DNA of 63,371 nt, counting the filler, from Octopus bimaculoides (lineage: Eukaryota), in NCBI RefSeq assembly GCF_001194135.2. It is 9 parts of 8 records of this genome, joined end to end, with 100 filler letters (N's around TTAATTAATTAA, not from the genome) between each part and the next. Parts side by side here need not be neighbours in the genome. Positions count along the whole stretch, not along the records: positions 47,658 to 53,180 come from NC_069004.1; positions 53,281 to 56,424 come from NC_069002.1; positions 56,525 to 60,308 come from NC_068992.1; positions 60,409 to 63,371 come from NC_069007.1; 5 more parts are not named here. One strand, written 5' to 3'. A program made the translations under genes and the position numbers. The notes under the pieces were generated by a model. The model worked only from the letters and a program-made list of their open reading frames with translations. It was not told the DNA's origin and searched no databases. This document shows positions 49,500-63,231 of the stretch, piece after piece (position 1 is the stretch's first letter; each line of letters begins with the position of its first letter).

Positions 49500-51022
49500 T
49501 ATTGCGTTCTTTCTACTGTTTTTTCATAAGTTTTTGCTTGACGTTTAGTGTCTCATCGTCAGTTATAATCCTTTCGTAAGTTATTTCGTTCTTGCTTTGC
49601 TTTGAAATAGGAATAAAAAAACAAATGTGAATGTGCAGAGTTCTGTCAATAAGTTAGAAAGAAAACAGATTCTGGAATTATTTTTAAATTCTGTAAAGTG
49701 TGGCACAGAAATTAACAGCACAATTTCCAGGTCTTTCTGTCGACAGTAATTATGATACCTCACATAAGAAACCGCTGAAAGGACTGAGGTTGCCGATCGG
49801 TTCTTTGACGTGTAGAAGAATATTTTGTTGCATAAAATTTCACTGAAGCTACGATGCAGAATGGTAGGAAATTCCTTGAAAGCTGTGTCTGCAATATGGT
49901 TTGTATTGCTTGTTTAATTATAATTTATATCAGTTCAATGTACCAGTGTGGTGGTATTTAGAATATAGTTTCTATTCCATGTCGAATCATTCCGTTTGTT
50001 GTATTCAAAATGTGGCAAAAACCGATGATCCAATTTCAGGAAGTAATTATTCACTGACAAATGTCGGTGGAGAGAATCGGTGAAGTTGCGAAATAAAGTT
50101 TTTTGAATATTTCTTAACGTTTCTTCACGTTCTTCGTTCAGGGAAGAATTAATCGATTGTGGTGCATTCACTGAAATGTAAGAAATCAATAATAAATCAT
50201 TGAGACCAATATCATGTTTTCTAAAATTGATAACATAGAAAATATTATGAATTTATTTTACTACTTATTTTGAACACTTTTATGTAAACTGTTTAAACAA
50301 AAAGCCTCTCTAAACATTTTTTTTATCATTGTCAAAGATTCTACCTCTTAACATTTTATGATCATTGTCAAATACTCTATCACTGTATTTTAATACATCT
50401 ATGTTAACCATTTTTTAACACCACAAAGGCTATACAAAGCCTTACATTTTACTTTCGAAAATATTAAAAAAAAATAAGTGAAACCGGTCAAGTCAATAAA
50501 CATCTTTAAAAGACCTCTGCATTTTCAAATCCTCTTCCCTATATATTTTCACTCTAGCGGTACCTTCCAATTTTGCTTTCTTGCCTTCGAAACGCGGAGT
50601 AGATGGAACAGGGACAACTGAAGAAGGGAAATATTCTTTATGTTGCATGTATCGTTTCTCTGTTTGTTTATTTTTCGTTGTTCGAAAAAAAGTTTGTTTT
50701 CTGTCTTCGTCTTCGTGATTTCGTTTCTCATTGTGTTTAACGTTTTTTGTGATGTCCTGTACCCATATTTATTTTGGATGACCAGAGAAGTGAAGAAATA
50801 AAGCGTGTTCAGATGTCTGAAATAATAAAAAAAAACTTCACATCTATCTACTCAAATACATGTGTGCGTGCGCATAAGTCTGGTTGAGTAAGTGCGTACA
50901 CACACACACACTCACGCTTGCACGCACACACGCACACACGCACACATGCACACACATATGCACTTTGCATGTACATCCATTTAAAGCATTGTGTTCATGT
51001 ATGTATATGTGTACATATATGA

Positions 51023-51061
<39 letters not shown>

Positions 51062-51948
51062 AATACACGCACACACATAGAAATACGTGTGCATACGAAT
51101 ATTTGTGCTTACGCTGCAAATCATCGTTCTTTTCCTACATAATATATTCGACCTATATTAATGACATCATTCTATTGATTAATTTTCTCTGTATTAATAA
51201 TTAATTAATTGTCTGTGGCAATTAAGTTTTCGAATTAACGATTACAGCTGAAATATACGGCAATAGTTTAAATCGAAACGATATATTTTTTTTCTTGCTC
51301 AACTATTCACGTTTTTCTACATTTTCTTCCTACTTTTCGATTCTCTCTTGCATTTCTTCTTTTTCATTTCATATTCCACGCTTTCCTTCCTTCATCATTG
51401 CTTTTAGTCCTGGCATTATTACACATACAGAAAAACACAGACATACAGACACACACACACACACACACATACATACATGTACATATATATGTATATATAT
51501 GCCAAGGGTACATGGCCTACAGCTTGGTGTATTGCACACATGCTTGTCAGATCATATAGAGGGGAAGGCCACACTGCTGCTATATGCTATGACACACATA
51601 CAAACATACACAGACACATACACACAAACACACGCATGCACACACGCACACACACACACACACACACATACACATACACACAAGGTCACAAACGCATGCG
51701 CACATAAGAAAACACAATGGAACAGAATGGAGTGAGTGGAGCAAGAACACACACGAAAACGAAAATTGTCATTGAAGAGGTCACAGATGTGTGACGAAAG
51801 ATTTCCGGACAACAATGGACATGAGTTAAAATAATAAAATAAGAACGGTAATAAACGAGCGAAGTAAAATATACAGTGCGTGTATTTATTTGTCAAAAGA
51901 AAAAAATGACCATGCCGAAATACAACAATATATATATATATGTATATG

Positions 51949-51988
<40 letters not shown>

Positions 51989-53280
51989 AGTGTATGTATG
52001 TATGTATACATAAATGTATATGTTATGTATGCATGCACACACATGCGCGCGCGTGTGCGTGTGAGTTTGCTTCTCTTTTCTTTACATACCGTTTCTTTGT
52101 CATCTTCCTCATGGCTATCATGGCTCCTCATATGCAATAAAAACAGGTGATCGCTCTTATCTCAGGCCACAACAGAATCTGAACTTATCCTCTTCTTCAT
52201 TTAATACCTTCCACTTTCCCATGAATGTCTTGATGTCACGTGAATTCTGCAAGTGACGCAATTGCACAAATGTTAACTGTTGTTGCTCGGTCATCTTTAA
52301 AACACCAAGTCTGGGGTAGACCTCAATCCACCTTTGATAATGCTGCTTTCAATTATATTCAGTGCATCAAATACTCAAATATGATTGAAATAAGACAGTA
52401 AGGAATAATCTTTTAAGGTTAAAGTCATTTACATTGACTTGAAAATTAAGACGTATTTACACTATGATTGCAGAAGTTTGTGAATGCGTGTTAAGGAATA
52501 ATTTATTTTTATCTTAATATTGGGACAATATCTCTTTCATAACGTTCATCTACCCCAAATCATGGACGAACCTAATTAGATAAGGTATTATATGTACTGA
52601 TTAGCATATACGCATAAAGGGTGTCTGGGCTAAAACTGACGGTTTGTCTAAAAAGAAAAGAAAATCCTATCCGTCGATAGGAGCATTTTAAAAGTAAAAA
52701 AAAAAATATCACCAAGGTTATGGCTGGAAGATAACAGTTTAAAGTAGCCACCATCAACTTCCATCACTCTGAGAAACCAAGAAACTCCTTTCTCATCAAC
52801 AATCATGTCTTCGATAAAACCTGACCAACAAATCTCATTTCTCCAAAGAGCAAAAAAGTTATTTAATATTTGTGAGACAGACTCAGCATAAGCAATTGGA
52901 CATACTCTCCAGCAAGCTACTTACCACACAGCCACTCCTGCGCCTATGCGTGCTTATCAAATAAGTCTTTGACATTGACTTAAGATGTAAAAGGTATTCA
53001 CACTGTGACTATCTGAGTGAGCAAATTCGTGTACATGAATGATTTTTATGCAACATAATACTACGACGGCTCCCATTGGATACATAACTTTCATTTGCCC
53101 CAATTGATAAGTATATCTAATTAGATAAGGCATTATGTATACTTTCTAGCACATAATCATATACACACATCCATATATATNNNNNNNNNNNNNNNNNNNN
53201 NNNNNNNNNNNNNNNNNNNNNNNNTTAATTAATTAANNNNNNNNNNNNNNNNNNNNNNNNNNNNNNNNNNNNNNNNNNNN

Positions 53281-53326
<46 letters not shown>

Positions 53327-53419
53327 CAAAAAAACAATAACAAAAAAACAAAAAAAACAACAAAGTGAGGACGTGATATGGATAGTATTATTGGACGCTC
53401 AGGGTGAGATGGATAAATG

Positions 53420-54010
53420 CAGCTTTTTATATTTTTTAATTTCACGCATGTGCGTTGATTTTATTTATTTTGTCGACTATACCTTATATTAAGGTCAATT
53501 GGGTATTGTCTGTGAAAACGCAGCACCATTACGCAAGCCAAATGAAGGTCGTTGAGAACAACTTGATTCCGAAGAGCTGCAAGCTGTTGTTACAGAATAT
53601 CCAACCCCAACTTGTAGAGAACTTGCTGAATAATTTAACGTAGCCCATTCAGCTGTTCTACGCCAACTGCAAAGGATCGGAAACGTTTCAGTGGTTGGAA
53701 GACGGGTCAGCACAAACTCTCTCCAAAGAATCTACCCGATTGAGTAAAGATCCCTTCGAAGAGCTTCGTTGGGAAATATTGCTTCATCCTCCATATTCTC
53801 CAGACGTTGCCCCTTCTGATTATCACGTGTTTCGGGGAATACATACCTATTTGAATTATCTTGAGTTCACATCAAGAGAAGAGGTTTGGAAATGAGCTCG
53901 GTTCATATTTTGCATCAAAACCAAAACAATTTCAAAAGCGTGGCATTTATAAGCTTTTTGATAAATACAATGATGTTGTAGAAAGCAATGGAAATTATGT
54001 TAACGAATAA
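53420..54010 (+). mobile_element. Internally deleted mariner transposase
   Basis: HTH region (DSEELQAVVTEYPTPTCRELAE*FNVAHSAVLRQLQRIG) joined to LRWEILLHPPYSPDVAPSDYHVF (YSPDxAPxD motif). Confidence 0.9.
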
Positions 54011-54186
54011 ATATTAGAACCAGCCATAGTAGAACCAAGCCTTAGCAATAGTAGAACCAGGCCTTTCATATTTCATCGATCAAACTGCTGATTTCCTCTC
54101 ATACATGCATACATACATACATACATACATGCGTAGGCATATATTTAACAGTGCGTTGCTGTTATTCTGTCGGTCAGTCACACACT

Positions 54187-54256
<70 letters not shown>

Positions 54257-54828
54257 ACTACTACTTGTCCTGGTGATGTCCCCTTCAAGTATGCCCCTGT
54301 GGCTAATAGAAGATATTTGACGTTGCCGTTGTTGTTTGTTGTTGTTGTNNNNNNNNNNNNNNNNNNNNNNNNNNNNNNNNNNNNNNNNNNNNNNNNNNNN
54401 NNNNNNNNNNNNNNNNNNNNNNNNNNNNNNNNNNNNNNNNNNNNNNNNNNNNNNNNNNNNNNNNNNNNNNNNNNNNNNNNNNNNNNNNNNNNNNNNNNNN
54501 NNNNNNNNNNNNNNNNNNNNNNNNNNNNNNNNNNNNNNNNNNNNNNNNNNNNNNNNNNNNNNNNNNNNNNNNNNNNNNNNNNNNNNNNNNNNNNNNNNNN
54601 NNNNNNNNNNNNNNNNNNNNNNNNNNNNNNNNNNNNNNNNNNNNNNNNNNNNNNNNNNNNNNNNNNNNNNNNNNNNNNNNNNNNNNNNNNNNNATATATA
54701 TACAAAGTAAAGATAATAAAATATACACAACAAAATTTAAGGTGAGTCGCTGGGAGGAAAATGAGAGAAAGAGAGTGAGGATGAAATAATGACAATAAAA
54801 AAATGAAAATATACACATATACATACAG

Positions 54829-54865
<37 letters not shown>

Positions 54866-55020
54866 TATACATGGATACATATACATGCACATATGTATGC
54901 CTGTGTGTGTGTGTGTATTTGTGTGTAATTATATTGAAGCCATTTTAAAAAGTCAAATCTTTGATTAACTTCACTAGTCACAGTTATAAACCTCATCATT
55001 ATTTCGAGGTTTCCTACCTA

Positions 55021-55050
55021 GTAGTAGTAGTAGTCGTAGTAGTCGTAGTA

Positions 55051-55102
<52 letters not shown>

Positions 55103-55375
55103 CAGCAGCAGCAGCAGCAGCAGCAGAAGAAGAAGAAGAAGAAGAAGAAGAAGAAAAAGAAGAAGAAGAAGAAGAAGAAGAAGAAGGGGAAGAAGAAGAA
55201 AAAGAAGAAGAAGAAGAAGAAGAAGAAGAAAAAGAAGAAGAAGAAGAAGAAGGAGAAGAAGAAGAAGAAGAAAAAGAAGAAGTAGAAGAAGAAGAAGAAG
55301 AAGAAGAAGAAGAAGAAGAAGAAGAAGAAGAAGAAGAAGAAAAACAACAACAACAACAACAACAACAACAAAAAT
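55021..55375. repeat. Compound trinucleotide microsatellite (GTA)n(GCA)n(GAA)n(CAA)n
   Basis: Directly visible; source of the poly-V/A/E/Q ORF. Confidence 0.95.
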
Positions 55376-56027
55376 AATTTTTTGTAAATAATTAGAAATT
55401 AAAATTGAAAGGAGAAATTAAAAATCAAGAACATTCAAAGTAACAGCCGTTTCTTAAATAGAATAAAAAGTAAAACTCTACATCGAGTAGTGAGTTATTT
55501 CTTGATATTCTTTTTTTGTTTTATTTAAATTTTTTTTTTCAAAGCATTTGTTTTTAATTGAGAAAATTTCAAATCACTCGTTAATTAACATATATGCATT
55601 CACGTTTCAGTCGAACGTAAAAGTTGGATTCCCCTGTTTACGTTCTTTGGTTGGGGAAAGGACACGAGTGATTCTTTCTTCTTTTGCATTCTTCACCAAA
55701 TTTTACAAATTTTACGGCGGTTTGGCTAATGAGTTCCTATTGCCTTTTGATGCGGTTAATACTTAGTCAATAAGTCTTTCAAGGTCGTCTACGATGAAAG
55801 AACGACTGATATTTCTGGTTTAATTTTCATAACCTGCAGGTGCAGGGCGTGGTTGTGTGGTTGAGAATCTGGTTTTCCGATCATGTGCTCTTGGGTTCAG
55901 TCCCACACCGTGGTAGCTTGGACCTATGTCTTTTACTATAGCGCTGGACAGATCAAAGCCTTGTGAGTGGATTTCGTAGACGGAAACTGAAAGAATCTCG
56001 TCGTGTATGTATGTATGCATGTACGTA

Positions 56028-56064
<37 letters not shown>

Positions 56065-56065
<1 letters not shown>

Positions 56066-56424
56066 AGTGGCAGCAAAACGGGAGCATTCCCGGTTTTGTG
56101 AGTCGAGGAGCCGTAACGCTGCTGAAGAAAGATCCAAACAAGGGGGACGTCATAGATAACTTTAGGCCCATCACTCTGCTCAATGCAGACTTGAAAATTT
56201 TGGCCAAGGTGTTAGCCAAGCGGTTGGCGCTTGTCATCGAGAAACTGATCGGCAAGGCGCAAACGTGCGCGGTGCCGGGCAGGAGCATCCATGACAACCT
56301 CCATCTGATGCGCTACATCATAGAGAGGGTAGTTAAGGAACCTGGCATGGGTGGGGCCCTGATCAATTTAGATCAATCGAAAGCTTTCGATAGGGTAGAC
56401 CATCAATACTTGGAGGCTGTCCTC
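56065..56424 (+). mobile_element. Tx1-like LINE reverse transcriptase N-terminal fragment, 5'-truncated, runs into gap
   Basis: GAVTLLKKDPNKG...NFRPITLLNADLKILAKVLAKRL...QTCAVPGRSIHDN...LDQSKAFDRVDHQYL; no stops in the visible part. Confidence 0.9.
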
Positions 56425-57388
56425 NNNNNNNNNNNNNNNNNNNNNNNNNNNNNNNNNNNNNNNNNNNNTTAATTAATTAANNNNNNNNNNNNNNNNNNNN
56501 NNNNNNNNNNNNNNNNNNNNNNNNTATACGTCCATACATACATACATACACATATATATGAATTCACATGCACACACACACACACATACACACACACACA
56601 CACAATCATTACATCACTTTAAATGCAGAGCTATCCTCAGCTGCATAAATAAATAGAATTTTTTAATCATTTGGACACATTAATATATTTTCTCTCTTCT
56701 TGCTCTATTAGAGAATTTAAGTAAAATTATGTGAATGTGTCCAACTGATTGAAAAATTATGTTTATTTATGAAGCTGAGGATAGCCCTGCATTTAAACTG
56801 ATGCAATGATTGCATTGTTCAATTAAATGGACGCGCTTGAAACCGTTGTATTGCATTACCTCTGGATATCCTGTTGCTTATTTTGATTTTATTCATCTTA
56901 CATTGAGTAGTAGGGACAAAAGAAGGTGAGTAAAAGAGAGTGGAGAAGGAAAATTTAAGATCTTTCCCTTCTATAAATGCCCAAGGAATGACACCTTCAG
57001 GAAAAATATGGAACGATACTTCATAACAAAGTTCTCCCCCAAACTGAATGGCTGAAAATATAAAAATCACAGCCCATCTAGACCTATTAACTTAGTCTGT
57101 GTAATAATGTCCTCACAATATACAAGAAATTGTATACATATCTGTTTCATTGAGCTCCTTCACAAGACTCTTTTCCTTGTACATTATTGGCCATCCTAAT
57201 ATCTTCATTTTTGTAAAGAATTGTTCCTTATCTTCATTTCTCTTGAAAAATATATATGCATATATATAGCTGTGACTGGTGAAATATCATTATTTCTATA
57301 ATGATTTGTACTGGAAAAGGGACCAATTTTGTAAAGTAAACTGTAATTTCGTATTAAACACACTCACACACGCACACACACACACACA

Positions 57389-57430
<42 letters not shown>

Positions 57431-57589
57431 AACACACACACACAAACACACACACAGAGTACTATACATATGTGTATAAACGTAACTAAAAACATTCTTA
57501 CATCCAGATTTTCCAACCCATACCAGCACGAGAATCAAACATTGGACAAGGATGATGATGATGATAATGAATCCAGACAATTTTTTTCA

Positions 57590-58110
57590 AAATTACTTTT
57601 ATTATCCAACTTGTCATCTTCTATTGACAGAACTAACCAGCTGTGTAGATGTAAACACAATTTTTTTCTTCTTCCTTTCTTCCTTCTTTCTTTCATTCTG
57701 TTTTCCATTGGCACTCCTTTCAGATACACAGGCACACATACACATACACACACAAAAACACACACACACTCATATACACAGACACACACGCACGCACACA
57801 CACACACATACACACACACATACACACATGCATACACACACACACACACAAACACACCCACTCTCTCTCACTGGACAATGATAACTAATCCAGACAATGT
57901 TTTGAAAAACAACTTTTTTCAAAACAACCCCCCTCCTTAGATAGCCACCTGGTTTTCCCATTTTTAAAGGCCAAGAATCAACTTGTCATCTTTTATTGAA
58001 AGGACTGACTAGCTGTATATATGTAAACACAAATTTTTTCTTCTTTCTCTCATCCTTCTATCTTTCTTTCTCTTTTCCATTGTCACTTCTTTCAGATACA
58101 CAGGCATACA

Positions 58111-58153
<43 letters not shown>

Positions 58154-58170
58154 ACGAAAACACACACACT
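57590..58170 (+). repeat. Second array of the composite (CA)n-containing tandem repeat (about 370-bp unit)
   Basis: AACTTGTCATC..TATTGA.AG.ACT.AC.AGCTGT.TA.ATGTAAACACAA at about 57608 and 57980; same family as 36150-36591. Confidence 0.85.
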
Positions 58171-58990
58171 CTCTCTCACGTTCTCCCCATTCCTCACCCT
58201 CTTTTATTATCCTATATATCTCCCTCCACCCCTACACACTCAATAATACTATAAAAAGAAACAAATCCTCTCAAAGTAATTTAAATCTGAAGATTCTACT
58301 AGAGTAGATGCAAGCGCTTATATATGATTTATAAAAACGTGACATATTAATAAAAAATCTGTAAATGTACAACCATCTAGATCTCTGAGTACCTTAGTTT
58401 TTCTAATACATATATATACATACATATATATATACATACATATATGCGTATATATGTTCACATTTATGTATATATTAATGCAATTGCGCGTGTATATACA
58501 CACATATATATTTCTCGCAGGAGGAAAGCATCACAAGTGTTTCAAATGCGCATCCTCCTTCTGGATGGATGTTATGTAGCCATTGTAGAAAGATATGATG
58601 ATGGTTGCAGTGACAATGGGATATACAAGATTCTGCCAAACTATCTTCCAAATTCATAATACTTGATAAATATTTCTACTGCCAACACACGGAGGGGATC
58701 GGTCCAAACCATGATCGTAACTGAAAAGAGCAACAAAAAACAAAAGAAGACAAAAGATTGTAAAAGTTTAGCGAGAATACACCATTACCACGGCCTGAGT
58801 TTACTAGCGAGAGTGTGCAACTAAAAAAACTTTTGGAAGTATTTCTGCTACACCCTGCATTTCATCATGTCATAAAAGGAGACAGGAATGATACAATTAC
58901 AGTGAGAGAAGAGTCTGGATTCGGGATATACAGCGGGCGGCAAAAGTTCATCCCGCCGCAATTCACCATGTTTGATAAACGTTGCGATAG

Positions 58991-59100
58991 CAAATACATT
59001 TCAATACCAAACCATGATGGTAACTAAGAAATACATTTCAATACTAATCCATGATGGTAACCATGATGGTAACCATGATGATAATATGATGGTAACTAAG
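58991..59100. repeat. Local tandem duplication (about 37-bp unit plus 12-bp CCATGATGGTAA units)
   Basis: AAATACATTTCAATAC.AA.CCATGATGGTAAC twice, then repeated CCATGATG(G/A)TAA. Confidence 0.85.
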
Positions 59101-59318
59101 AATATAAGAAAAAACAAAAATAACAACAAAAAATCGGTAAAATAAAAATTACAGGGAGATAGCACGACCAGCTGCTCATAACTTCGTAAGTGGCAAAGAG
59201 CGAAGCAAAAGAGCCTCTGGAAGGTTTTCCTGTCGCACTCTGAATTGGGCCTGTCTATCGGTACCATGGAAACAGAAACGAAGAAGAACAGACGCATTTC
59301 TGTTTGTAGAAAAATATT

Positions 59319-59540
59319 CGTTTCTTCTCTGGGCACAAGGCCCGAAATATTTGGGTAGTGTGTCAGTCGATTAGACCGACCACAGAACGCAACTGGTACT
59401 TAATTAATTTATCGACCCCGAAAGGATGAAAGGCAAAGTTGACCTCGACGGAATTTGAACTCAGAACATAAAGACAGACGAAATACCGCTAAGCATTTTC
59501 GCCCAGCGTACTAACGTTTCTATCAACTAACCCGCCTTCA
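59319..59540 (-). mobile_element. Meta-type SINE with 16-bp TSD
   Basis: TSD TTTGTAGAAAAATATT at 59303-59318 and 59541-59556. Confidence 0.9.
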
Positions 59541-60910
59541 TTTGTAGAAAAATATTACAAAAGTTGTGGCTTTGAGATATACAGGATATGGCAAAAACTT
59601 CCCAGATTTAGCATTCTTGGTAAACGTTTCATTAGCAAATGTACGCTGTACACCGGTTCAAACTATGATAGAAGCTATAGAAGACCTTCCCCCTAACCCC
59701 GAACCAGAAAACATTACTTAAACAGAAAGATACTATTACCACTTGTCTAACTTCACTAACGGCCGGGAGGTATTTCTGCTGCAGTTTGTATTTTTCAGGT
59801 CACAATTCTTCATCACAGCTTGGTTCAGAGGATAAATACATAACCTAACGTGATAATCGATAAACCCTACAACGAATATAGATTAAACTGCGTAGTATCA
59901 TATTTTCGATGGAAATAATTATTACTCCGGAAAAATTGACATTAGTTTGTGGAGTACATCGGTGTTCAGAAACGCATGAAAGTCACCCAGTCACACACGT
60001 ACCCTGTTTCATTTGTTATATAACCAGCGTTACATGCTTCAACAGGAAAATCAATATTTGTTTCCAGAGATAAATAATAATACTAGAGAGAGTGCAATCT
60101 TTGAGTTGGGTGAACTCGATGTTAGACTGTTTTAATGTTGTAGAAACGAAGTCAGTTTGACTTATATAACCAAACGAATGGCAAGATGGAGACAACATTA
60201 TATCGATCATTCTTCTTTCTTCTGAGCGAATTACAGCCTTATTCTATATATTATACAATATTCGTAAGTACGAATGTATGTCCATTATATATATATATAT
60301 ATATATATNNNNNNNNNNNNNNNNNNNNNNNNNNNNNNNNNNNNNNNNNNNNTTAATTAATTAANNNNNNNNNNNNNNNNNNNNNNNNNNNNNNNNNNNN
60401 NNNNNNNNATTATTATTATCATTACTACTATCACTGATGCTGCGGCTCTATATTTTCGTTTTCCTTTTTGTTTTTTGTTTTTGTTTTCTGCTGTATATTA
60501 GAGACAGACAGACAGAGAGAATGTGAGTTCACTTGGTTCAATGTGAAGACAAAATTTTAAACACACAAAGAAAAATTTTATAAAAGACAACTTCAAAGAG
60601 ATAAAAACAAAAAAAATATCAACAAACGTTTGCTTCTAATATTGTAGTTTTTTTTTTTTTGGTTATTGCCTTTTTTTGGTTGTTTTCCCCTACCCCTTCT
60701 CTCTCTCCCTCTCGTCTTCATCCGATTCCATGATTCGATTTGTCTCGCAGGAATATTTTAGATTTCATTTCCTTTCCATCATTAAAAGAGATGGATGGCT
60801 AAACCACCTTATGGTATTATGCAGCACCACACACACACACACATACACATGCACATGCACATGCACATATATATGCACACACACACACATATATATACAT
60901 ATATATATAC

Positions 60911-60984
<74 letters not shown>

Positions 60985-61609
60985 GTATATATATATATGT
61001 ATATACATATATATATATGTATATATATATACATATATCTATATATGTATATATCTATCTATATAAACACATACTCTCATACACATGCACACGTTTTACA
61101 TTACCATACAGCACCACACTCATACACACATTACACACATACAAACACACACACAAACACACACACAAACACACACACACACACTGTATCCCATATGCTG
61201 TGTCTTGCCTGTCTGCTCATGCTTTCATACTAACACCACCACCACCATATCCCAAACCATCATGACAGACAAATCCAATAACCACGACCACCACTACTGC
61301 TAATACCACTACAAGCCAATCCAACCATCACCACCAACAACAACAACAACAATAACCAACACTTGTTTTATTCCTCCATCTCTCATTTGTTCTCTCATGC
61401 TTTCTCTCTCTCTCTTCCTCCTCCTCCTCCCACCAACAACACCACCATTCTAGGACAACTCTCTACTCCCACCACCACTGGTCTCACATCTGTCTCTCAC
61501 CACCACCACCACCACCACTACCATACTCAGTCAACTCTCACCACTACCTCAGCCCCACTTTCACTTCACCCCATCACTCCTCTCCCTCTCTCACTCTCTA
61601 CCATTTACT

Positions 61610-61850
61610 CTTTTACACATTTCAGTCATTCGACTGTGGCCTTTTGGTCGAAGAAATCAACCCCTATACTTCTTCTTTGTAATCCTACTGCTTATTCTAT
61701 TGGTTTCTTTTGCTGAACAGCTAAGTCACGGGGACATAAACATACCAGCATCAGTTGTCAAGCGATGTTAGTGAGGACAAACACATATATGTAAACATAT
61801 ACATATATATGTTTACATATATATATGTAAACACACATATATATATGTAA

Positions 61851-61904
<54 letters not shown>

Positions 61905-62035
61905 GACGGGATTCTTTCACTTCCTGTCTTCCAAATCCACTCACAAGGCTTTGATCCCCAAGGCTATAGTAGAAGACACAGTGGGACTGAACCTGGAACC
62001 ATGTGGTTGGTAAGCAAGCTACTTACCATTCCTGT
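61610..62035 (-). mobile_element. Bipartite SINE with expanded internal (TA)n
   Basis: Tail at about 61610-61780, microsatellite, head at about 61905-62035. Confidence 0.8.
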
Positions 62036-62699
62036 GCCTATATATATTTTAAGAATATAATTATAATTAAGAGAACAAATTTAGAGTAGATTGTAGGTAT
62101 TTGACACCTATTTTTAGCATGTAGGTGCTGGCTTTCCAGAGCCCTTAATTATAATTATATACTTAAAAATTAATTTTACCAATATGGTCATTTTTTATAC
62201 ACTAGCCACTGATATAATCATCATAATGATATCATCAATTTACAAGTGTGTGTATATAAATATATATATATATATGAGTGAATGTGTGTATATCCCTCGC
62301 TTCTATGTGTTCTTTTAATTACCTCTCCCCTTCACCACCACCACCCTCCTTTCTGCTACTGAAGTGATGTCTTTGACCAAGTCTAATACTGATAACAATG
62401 ACGAAGGAAAAAAAGGCAATTGAAAACACATCCATACATGTGAGTATGTATGTATGTATGTATGTATATAATATATTTGTATGTATGTGTGTGTGCATTT
62501 GTGTATATAGATAATTATGTGATAAACAAGCAAAAATTGCATCATTTAAACATCAACTTAAAAACAAAAGAGAAAAGAGAAAGAAGGAAAATGTACAAGG
62601 AACAAACGTATGTGTGTGTGTGTGTACATACACAGACATATGTATGTGTCTATGTGTGTGTTTCTGCGTGTGTATATATATATATTGTTTTTTTTTTTC

Positions 62700-62905
62700 T
62701 TGTCTAGGCACAAGGCTCAAAATTTGGGGTGGGGGGTCCAGTCGATTAGATTGACCCCAGTATGCAACCGGTACTTAATTTGTCGGCCCCAAAAAGGATG
62801 AAGGGCAAAGTTGACCTTGGCAGAATTTGAACTCAGAACATAAAGACAGATGACATACTGCTAAGCATTTCACCCAGCATGCTAACAATTCTGCCAGCTT
62901 GTTAC
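62700..62905 (-). mobile_element. Meta-type SINE
   Basis: Same family as 59319-59540. Confidence 0.8.
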
Positions 62906-62929
62906 CTTGTGTGTGTGTGTGTATGTATA

Positions 62930-63090
62930 TGTATGTGTCTTATTCTTTCATTCTTTTATACATTTTAGCCCTAAGATTGCGGCCATGCTAGGGCACCACC
63001 ACCTGTGTGTGTGTGTGTGTCTTATTCTTTTATTCTTTTACACGTTTCAGCCCTAAGGTTGTGGCCATACTGGGGCACCACCAGTATGTG
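62930..63090. repeat. Tandem duplication (about 80-bp unit) of a SINE tail fragment plus (GT)n
   Basis: GTGTCTTATTCTTT.ATTCTTTTA.AC.TTT.AGCCCTAAG.TTG.GGCCAT.CT.GGGCACCACC occurs twice. Confidence 0.8.
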
Positions 63091-63189
63091 TGTGTGTGTG
63101 TATGAGTATATATATACATATATAGATATCATCATCATTTGATAGTTATTTACCATTCTGGCATGGATTGGTGGTGATAGTGGTGGCAG

Positions 63190-63231
<42 letters not shown>

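Noticed and set aside
54961-55377. Poly-V/A/E/Q acidic ORF
   Set aside because: Compound microsatellite with no unique coding context.
58830-59300. GC-richer patches with short open frames and a perfect GTAAGT donor at about 59185
   Set aside because: Acceptors are poor, several frames and strands look equally plausible, and no domain is recognisable.
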